Shown here piece after piece: positions 28,549 through 37,000 of a DNA stretch of 64,000 bases (positions within the stretch are counted from its first letter, which is position 1; every line of letters starts with the position of its first letter). Under the pieces are notes generated by a model, which was given only the letters and a program-made list of their open reading frames with translations, had not been told where the DNA came from and ran no database searches. The stretch lies in contig JBLIRO010000009.1 in NCBI GenBank assembly GCA_049472335.1, positions 1-64,000 of the forward strand, given 5' to 3'. The stretch is from a bacterium. Its GTDB lineage: Bacteria > SZUA-182 > DTGQ01 > JAFGSM01. A program made the position numbers and the translations under genes.

Positions 28549-31020
28549 TCAGTTATCTTCACAGCCTTTCGAATTTAAATAAATAGATGAATCCTGGTAA
28601 ATAATCGTTTTCAATCTGGACATTCCCATTTGGCTGGACCCGTTATGGCAGGAACTTGTATTGCAAGTTGATTCCGGTCTTAATTCATAAGTTATCCCTG
28701 TGTCCCCAAGTGGAGGCTTGTGAATGTGAGTGGGATGACATAATTGAGTATTGCAGGATCCATTATTCATGTTCCAATTAATCCCCTCCTTCAATAAGCC
28801 AGGGAACTGGCTTCCATGAGAGGTATGGCAGACATAACAATTCTGGTGAGTGAAGTGCCCGTGAAAATTGTTTGCTATTACGGATAAGCTAAGATAATCC
28901 GGATTCTCATAGTTATGACATGCAAGACATATAGCCGTTTCATTTGGTTGATTATTCTGTTGATTTTGATCCTGTGGATTATTCGTATTATTATTTGTTG
29001 AAGGATTTTGTTCATTCTTTCCTGGTGTATTGTTCATACCGGGTGGCATATTATTCATTCCCGGCATGTTATTCATGCCCGGCATGTTATTCATGCCCGG
29101 CATGTTATTCATTCCTGGCATATTATTCATTCCTGGCATATTATTCATTCCTGGCATATTATTCATTCCTGGCATATTATTCATTCCCGGCATGTTATTC
29201 ATTCCTGGCATGTTATTCATTCCCGGCATGTTATTCATTCCTGGCATGTTATTCATTCCTGGCATGTTATTCATTCCCGGCATGTTATTCATTCCCGGCA
29301 TGTTGTACATTCCCGGCATGTTGTACATGCCCGGCATGTTGTACATGCCCGGCATATTGTTCATGCCCGGCATAATGTTCATGCCCGGCATAATGTTCAT
29401 CCCCGGCATAATGTTCATCCCCGGCATAATGTTCATCCCCGGCATGATTTGCATCCCCATCATAGGACTGGGCATACCTATCATAAGTCCAGGCATACCC
29501 ATCATTGGGCTGGTCATCGGCATCATAGGCCCTGGCATAGCGAGCATGGGACCAGGCATGAGCACCATTGAGCCTGGCATGCCCATCACAGGAGTCGGCA
29601 TCCCCATCATCGGGCCTTGTAAACCAAGCATCAATTCCATACCCATTAAAGGCGAGAGACTCGGGCCCATGACCATGTTGGCTGGTCCGGAGGACCTGAC
29701 CACGTTCATGATACCGTTCCCTCCACCAGGCATAACCAGGATTGTGGCTCCTATTCCGGGACCCATACCACCCCCGCCTCCCATTATTGGTGAAGGAGCA
29801 GCTACAACTGGTGTCAGCCCAGGCGCTACAATTCCGCCGCCCCCCATTACTGGAGCGAGAGCCGGCATCAAGGCCGTACCTCCTCCCATTAGAGGGGCCA
29901 TCGAAGCAATAGGTGTAGCTACGCCCATTAACGGTGCGGCCATACCGACAATTGGAGAAGCAGCTAATACTGGGGCTGCCATACCGGCTACCAGTGGTGA
30001 ACCTCCCATGAGAGGACCAACTCCTGCCGATATAGGGGCTATAGTTGAGATCACACCGGGCATACCGCCTCCTCCTCCCATTATTCCCCCTGATATATCG
30101 GTCTTAAAGCGTACTGTTGAAGATTGTGAATCCCCCGCAGATTCTCTCATCAACATATGATTTTGGTTTGAAGAATCCATATAAAACATTGAATTGGGCC
30201 CGCTCTGGTTCATTATTTGTGCAGCATCAAAACCCTTATCAGCCATGTGGTTATGAGGGTACCAGAATCTGACATTTTCAACAGTTTGGGTTCTCTTTAA
30301 TATTAGTTCATAATGGATACTGGGTATGGGCCCTTTGGTGCTGAAGGGGGTCGTACCGAAAAGCGAATTGCCGGTATCATGACAGCTCAAACAGAATTGA
30401 TTATACTGCTCCACGGAATAAAAAGTTCCGCCCTGATGGTTTTTGAGCTCAACTTGTTTGTTGCGGTGATATTCAGGGGTTTCCTCCATATGGCAAACAA
30501 TGCAATCATGGTCCATAGGAGGGCCTCCTATATGATTTATGATCATCTGGGAGTCAAAGCCTATGGCAGGGGGCGCATCGGAATTCATTCCCTGTTGATT
30601 ATTAAGATGACAATTGATACATTGTCCCTCCTCACCCGCTTCGTATGTGCCCTCTATTTTGCCATTTATATGATAATCCGTGGTATATCCGTTGTTAATA
30701 GTCTGGGTATGACACCTTTGGCCACAATTGTTCCTGCTAGCATTTCTGTGAGTGTTATTATTAGGAGGAAAACCGTGACATGCCTCACACTCCAAATGTG
30801 AAGATCTATCTTCCCATTTTATAGGTCGGTATTCACCCTTACCATTGCTGTGGCAATAATAACTTAGGCATGTCTTTGCGGGAGGATTATAGACGGAATG
30901 ATCGGAATTGACTTTTCTGGCATAAGAATCTCCACGGATAATGACAATAGATGCCATCATTGATAAGGACAGGATGATCAGCCACAATAGGCTTCTTTTT
31001 ACCTTTCCATAACCTTTCAT
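28549..31020 (-). CDS. Exported multiheme c-type cytochrome (~10 hemes) with Met/Pro/Gly-rich low-complexity insert
   Basis: Signal-like N-terminus; 6 CxxCH, 3 Cx4CH and 1 Cx3CH motifs; Geobacter-type CxxxxCH...CxxCH pair (CLSYYCHSNG...CEACHGFPP). Confidence 0.88.
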   Translation of the reverse strand: MKGYGKVKRSLLWLIILSLSMMASIVIIRGDSYARKVNSDHSVYNPPAKTCLSYYCHSNGKGEYRPIKWEDRSSHLECEACHGFPPNNNTHRNASRNNCGQRCHTQTINNGYTTDYHINGKIEGTYEAGEEGQCINCHLNNQQGMNSDAPPAIGFDSQMIINHIGGPPMDHDCIVCHMEETPEYHRNKQVELKNHQGGTFYSVEQYNQFCLSCHDTGNSLFGTTPFSTKGPIPSIHYELILKRTQTVENVRFWYPHNHMADKGFDAAQIMNQSGPNSMFYMDSSNQNHMLMRESAGDSQSSTVRFKTDISGGIMGGGGGMPGVISTIAPISAGVGPLMGGSPLVAGMAAPVLAASPIVGMAAPLMGVATPIASMAPLMGGGTALMPALAPVMGGGGIVAPGLTPVVAAPSPIMGGGGGMGPGIGATILVMPGGGNGIMNVVRSSGPANMVMGPSLSPLMGMELMLGLQGPMMGMPTPVMGMPGSMVLMPGPMLAMPGPMMPMTSPMMGMPGLMIGMPSPMMGMQIMPGMNIMPGMNIMPGMNIMPGMNIMPGMNNMPGMYNMPGMYNMPGMYNMPGMNNMPGMNNMPGMNNMPGMNNMPGMNNMPGMNNMPGMNNMPGMNNMPGMNNMPGMNNMPGMNNMPGMNNMPGMNNMPGMNNMPPGMNNTPGKNEQNPSTNNNTNNPQDQNQQNNQPNETAICLACHNYENPDYLSLSVIANNFHGHFTHQNCYVCHTSHGSQFPGLLKEGINWNMNNGSCNTQLCHPTHIHKPPLGDTGITYELRPESTCNTSSCHNGSSQMGMSRLKTIIYQDSSIYLNSKGCEDN
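29050..29445 (-). repeat. 18-bp tandem repeat, 22 units, encoding MPGM(NN/YN/NI)
   Basis: ggcat recurs every 18 bp from 29063 to 29441 on the + strand, giving 4x MPGMNI, 1x NN, 3x YN and 14x NN. Confidence 0.95.
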
Positions 31021-31057
31021 TTTTTTCTGTAACCAAAATATAAATATCTATTAAATA

Positions 31058-34000
31058 TTATATCACAGGTATACCTCCACCGAGGCCTCCGCCTCCACCT
31101 CCACCGAGGCCTCCGCCACCGCCGCCGAGGCCTCCGCCTCCACCTACTTCCACAGCTCCGTTTATATGGAACGTATTGTCCGGGACTGTCCCCAAAATTG
31201 GTGTTGGATGGCACGCTGCACAATTTTGTATGCCGAGGCCACCGCCACCTCCGGCGCCACCGGGATGACCTGGGGGCGGAGGAGGATAACCATGACACTG
31301 GTAAATTGGAGATGCAGTAGTTCCAAGGACTGCATTGCCACAAGAGATAATCCCCGTCGTCTGATTCCAGAAAGGAGGCGCACCCAGAAAATAGATGTAG
31401 GTCCCAGGTACATCAAGGGGATCTTCGTCGCCATCGCTATGGCAATAGAGGTTACAAGAACCTGTACCGGGTGTTGCGCCCGGAGTGTATGAGTCTATAA
31501 GCCCTATCATGGGAAGAGCGGCATCGAACTGAACGGGCGCCGTAACACCCGTGCCTGGAATGCATATCACATGATCCGCCAGATTTGTGGTGGCGGAGTG
31601 ACAGGCCTGACAGTCAATGACATTGCCTGTGCTCGTAGCATATACGGGGGCCATAACAGGGGTCGTGAGATGTTTCGAATGAGCCCCTGTTGTTCCTAGT
31701 GAATTACCATGACAGGCGCATGAAGCTATTGCCGCGGGTGTTCCATATACTGTATAGATATGGTTGGGTTGCCCATTAAAAAGTGTATGGCATGGCAGAC
31801 AATCGTAGATCTGCGGACTGCAGCCATTTACCAGGTCCAGGCAGTGATCCTGGGTGTCGCTTATCCCCACACAAACACATTGCGGGGGATAGGCGTGGCA
31901 ACAGGTGCATCCCTTATCATTTACTGTTCCGGTGTAATTATAATAAAGCGGGTCCATTGGATGACTCGTGGACACACCGGTTATATCGTGCTCGATCGGA
32001 TCACATTCTGCCGAATGACATGTTGAACAGTCGCATGGTGTATTAAAGTGATAAGGAACGTTAATGTGACAGCACCGGCATTTCTGGTCAGCGCAGTAAT
32101 CCAGTTGCAGGCACGCGTGAGGACTTGTCCCTGAATGGCACATTGTACAAGTTTCAGGACAGTTGGCATGGCTGGCCTGTGCATCGGCATGGCAAAGACC
32201 GCACGATGCCCATGTAAGAGGCATATTTGAAACGTCGGTTGTTGTATCCAGATGGTTCCCGACAGTGCATTCTCCTACATGGCACATGGCACAGTCGACA
32301 TAGGCGGTTGCGGCATGTGTTCCCGTTCCGCAGCCATAATCCGAATTTATGGGAAAAGTTGCCTGATCATGACAGCACTTGCATTTTGTCTCAGCACAGT
32401 AGTCCAGTTCCAGGCAGGAATGATTACTCGTTCCTGTGTGGCAAAGGGTACATGGCTCCGGACAATTTACATGGATTGTCTGGGCATCCACATGACACAG
32501 ACCGCAGGCAGGCCATGTAAGAGGCATATTGGAAACATCCGTCATTGTATCCATATGACTCAAAGGAGCACACTCCCCTATGTGGCACATAGTGCAGTCC
32601 ACATAGGCGGCGGTTAGGTGAGGTCCGGATCCACAACCATAATCCGAATTTATAAAAATTGTGTCCAGATGGCAGCATTTGCATTTTATCTCAGCACAAT
32701 AGTCCAGTTGAGCACATGAATGATTGCCCGTTCCACTATGGCAAAGCGTACATGGCTCCGGACAATTCACATGACTGGCCTGTGCATCCGCATGGCATAA
32801 CCCGCAGGTAGGCCAGTCAAGCAGCATATTGGATACATCCGTTAAGCCATCTATATGATTGTTTACATTACATTCCTGAATATGACACATGGTGCAATCA
32901 ATATATGCCTGAGCTGAATGAGGTCCGGTCCCGCAACCATAATCGGAATTTATGGGAAACACGGGGTCGGCATGGCAGCATTTGCACTTAGGCTCTGCAC
33001 AGTAATTTAGATCCAGGCAGGCATGGTTTCCGGTCCCGGAATGACATGCTGTACAGGGTTGGTTGCATTTCTGGTGTATGGCCTGGGCATCCATATGGCA
33101 CAGGCCACAGGTCTGCCAGTCAAGCGGCATATTGGAAACATCCGTAATCTTATCCATATGGTTCAGCGCGTTACATTCATTGGAATGGCACAATGAACAG
33201 TTTACATATGCCCCGGCTGCGTGCTGTCCCACCCCGCATCCATAATCAGAATTAATAGGAAAGGTGGGTGAGGCATGACAGCATTTACATTTATTCTCAG
33301 CGCAGTAATCCAGGTTCAGACAGGCATGATTACTTGTCCCGCTATGGCATAATGTACATGGTGCATTGCAGGGGGCGTGATATGCCTGTGCCTCTGAATG
33401 GCAGAGCCCGCAATCCCTCCATTCCAGCCTCATTCCGCTGAGATCGGTTGGCATTCCTCTTCTATCTGCCGGTCCAAGCGTATGATTCATAGGGTTGCAC
33501 TCTCCGGCGTGGCAGCGGTTGCATTCCCGGTATGCGGGGGGATCATGAAGCCCTATGCCGCATCCGTAGTCGGATACAATTTCAAAAGCTGGCTGATTAT
33601 GACATAGTTTACATTGAGGCTCGGAACAATAAGTGAAAGAGCAATGGACGGGATGACAGAGCACGCAGGCTTCTGTGCCCGGGCCGTGTGTAGCTATAAC
33701 ACTGGCATGACAGCCAAGGCAGGTCCCATCCCTGACATATGTTGGAGCATTCATATGGTCTGCAGGATTGCATTCACCCCCTGTAGGCGACCCTGCCACA
33801 TGGCAATTTACGCAGTCGCCTGTATGAGGCGTTAAACCCGGTCTCCCGCAAACATTCTTGAGCAATGGGACATCCGTATGACACCAGACACATGCCTGGT
33901 TTTCACAATAAGTGGAGATACAGTGTGTGGGATGACATGAGTAACAGTTTACCGCGGGCCATACCCCGCCTCCCCACGGAAGACCGGACCCTCCATGGGG

Positions 34001-37000
34001 AACTGCACGAAGCGGATAGTTCGTTAGGATGTCCAGAGGGCCGGGAACAGTATGACATCCCAAACATGTCAAGGGATTCACATATGTCATGGGATTGTCT
34101 ATATGATTTATGGGATTTGCTTCGCCTCCTGTAATGGGCTCGACATGACAGCCTATGCAGTTGGTGATCTGTATCAGATTGAATACACTGCTATCAAACG
34201 TAAGATGGGAGGTTATGCCTATTCCCATCTTGCATATATCCACAATGGGCGGATTTGTGGTATGACACCAGATACACGCATCATTTCTGGCGTATTCGGT
34301 CACGCAGTGCATGGGATGGCAGGTGTAACAACCCCGGGGATCTGTGGCCCCGTGCCTTATTATTGAAAGACTATGACAACCAAGACAGGCCCCTTCCTTA
34401 ACAAAAGTCCGAGGATTATCTATATGTTCTAGAGGATTTGCCTCGCCTCCCCCTAAAGGCTCCACATGGCAGGAGAGACAATCCTGGATCGCGGCATGGT
34501 TGACACCCATGCTGTCGAATGCATAATGCGATGTGATGCTCCCCGGGCCGCAGATATCGCATATGGCAGGATTGGGACTGTGACAGGCAATACACTTGGC
34601 AGGTGTGTTTCCATAATTCATATCACAATGATTTCCGTGGCACTGTGAACAGTCACTGGCTGGTCCCAGAGTTGCATGGATGGAAAAAGGTCCTGCAGCG
34701 CATAGCGCCACAGGAAGGTCACTATGGCATATGCCGCAGCTATTTGGTCCTTCCCATGCCTGTATAACATTCACCGGTCCAGCATTCTTATAATGGGCTG
34801 CTTTGTTATATACACCCGGATGGCAGGTCTGGCAATTAGTAGCCTGTGGCGGGTGTGCCCCGTTTACCGATATTCCGTTGCACAAGACGTTTATGGCCGG
34901 AGGATCACCATGGCAGTATCCGCATTTGCGAGGATCGTCCAGATAACCACGTAAGGAATCAGCGTCTCTATGATCCGGATGACATTCAAGGCAAGACACA
35001 CCAGGTGGAAGCCCTGAATGGAGTAGCTGTCCACCGGGAAGAGAAACGTCCCCGTTGACATGACACCCGCCGCATGTGTTGTCACCTGTCCAGCCTGGTA
35101 AAATATTCATATCGCAGTGGGCTCCATGACAGACACTACATGCTGATGTGATCGAGGCGTGCAGTTTTTTAGATGGATCAAAGGGATTCTGAGGGTCCTG
35201 GTGACAGACGCCACAATGATTGCCTGCGGGATCGTTTGGCTTGACATCGCTCCATGCCTCTTCCATACCTTCCAGATTTGTAGGCATGTTATAATGCCCT
35301 GTTTTTATCTTATAAATATTATCTTCTATAGTATATATTTTATGGCAATTCAGACAGTTTGCCCTTGTGTCATGGTTACCTGAACGGCCGCAGGAGACAT
35401 TAATGCTCTTAAGATCATTGGAGTTGTGGCATTTTATACATTTCCCCTCGATCTCAGCCTGGGTGGTCCCTTCGGTAAATGCCATCTCCTCTGTTTCATG
35501 GGCTTTGAAGTGACAGTATTCACAATCGTCTAATCCAGTATACCTATCATGAAGAAAATTTTGTCCCACCTTAATATCATCTTGCGGAATATGGCATTCT
35601 TTACAATCGGAGATATCATCAATCTCTAAAGTACAATGTTCTCCATGACATTCAGAGCAGGAAGTGGAAGGGGAAATCTTATCATGGAGGACCTTAGCGT
35701 TTCTAAATGAGGTCTTTTCACTGGTATCTGAGAGGTATTCTTCATGGTGGCAGGCACCGCAACCAGAAGTTACATCATTCCACTTTTCTTCTATTGAGAG
35801 TGGAAGTGTACCCTGGTAATTATAGTGATGGATAGTATTGGGATCGCATACGGCGCTATGGCAGGATGTGCACTCGGCATCCGCGCTGTGTAACCACTTT
35901 TTGTCTGAATCACATCCGAAATCGGGTTCAGGATCATTTAATGTTTCCAGGTGACACCATATACATTGTAAATCAATATCAGGGTCAGTCATATTTGGAT
36001 CGCAAAGTTTCATTTCTTTATGTTCAATGCTATGGCAATATAGACAGCTATCACGAGGAAAATCATATTCAATAGGTTCATTAACAAGTACGTTTGGGTC
36101 AACAGAGACGTTTGGGTCATGAAACATCAGGTCCGGGCTATCCGGCTTGTGGCAATAGCCACACCCAACCGGTTCGAATGTAAAGATAATCTTGCCTATA
36201 TCGACTTTTCCGTTTACATGTCTGTAGAATTCGGGATTACTCATATATATCCCGTTTATTTTTTCCATATATAAACCATTATGGGGATGGCAGTCACTGC
36301 ATTTGATATCAGGGTCCGTCTGGGAAGAACCTATTATATGATCCGTTATATTGTAAAGATTATTGGGATCCTCTGGATTCGGAACATCGGGAGGATTCAT
36401 ATGGCATTCATTACAATATTTAAAGCGCCCGTAAGAATCCAGACAGTTTGGATCATTCGTATCCCGGATAAATTTGTCCACTGCTGACCAGGAAATCGGA
36501 TCCGCATAACCCCCTTTCGCATTGCTATGGCAATAAAGATTGGAACATGTCCTGGTATCCTTTTCATATGTTCCATTGGGATTCATAAACAGGTTATTGG
36601 GATTCATTAACTGGTCATAGGGTTTCATATACTGGTCAAGACTTACCGGGGTATAGTTGTCCAAAACGAATTCATATTCAACATTTGGATCGTATAATGG
36701 ACCGTTAGGATCGATATGGCAAGCAATACAGGGGAAGTTATACCGCGTGTGGGCCATATGTGCATCCTCTTCCTCAGTTAGACTTGAATCCAGAACTGGG
36801 AAGGGTGGGGGAGGTGTGCCGTGCCCTTTGCCGAAAAGGGTTTCACTCAGGCTGTTATCCGGCTGATTTCCATCCACGGTAAATGTGGCTATATCTATCC
36901 TGCCTATCCCGTGACACCTGCAGGTGGGCGCAAACGCCCTTGAATTGAAAACCGATCTGGAATCGCTTGTTTCATAATCATAATCGGGATCATCGGGATG

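Noticed and set aside
28944..30160. Plus-strand repetitive ORFs (MFIPGM..., HSWHII..., YSFPAC...)
   Set aside because: They are antisense shadows of the 18-bp repeat and Met/Pro/Gly region; the minus frame has the signal peptide and heme motifs.
31017..31343. Arg/Trp-rich 108-aa ORF (WRRRPRRRW)
   Set aside because: It is an alternative frame of the poly-Gly tail of the giant cytochrome and has no RBS evidence.
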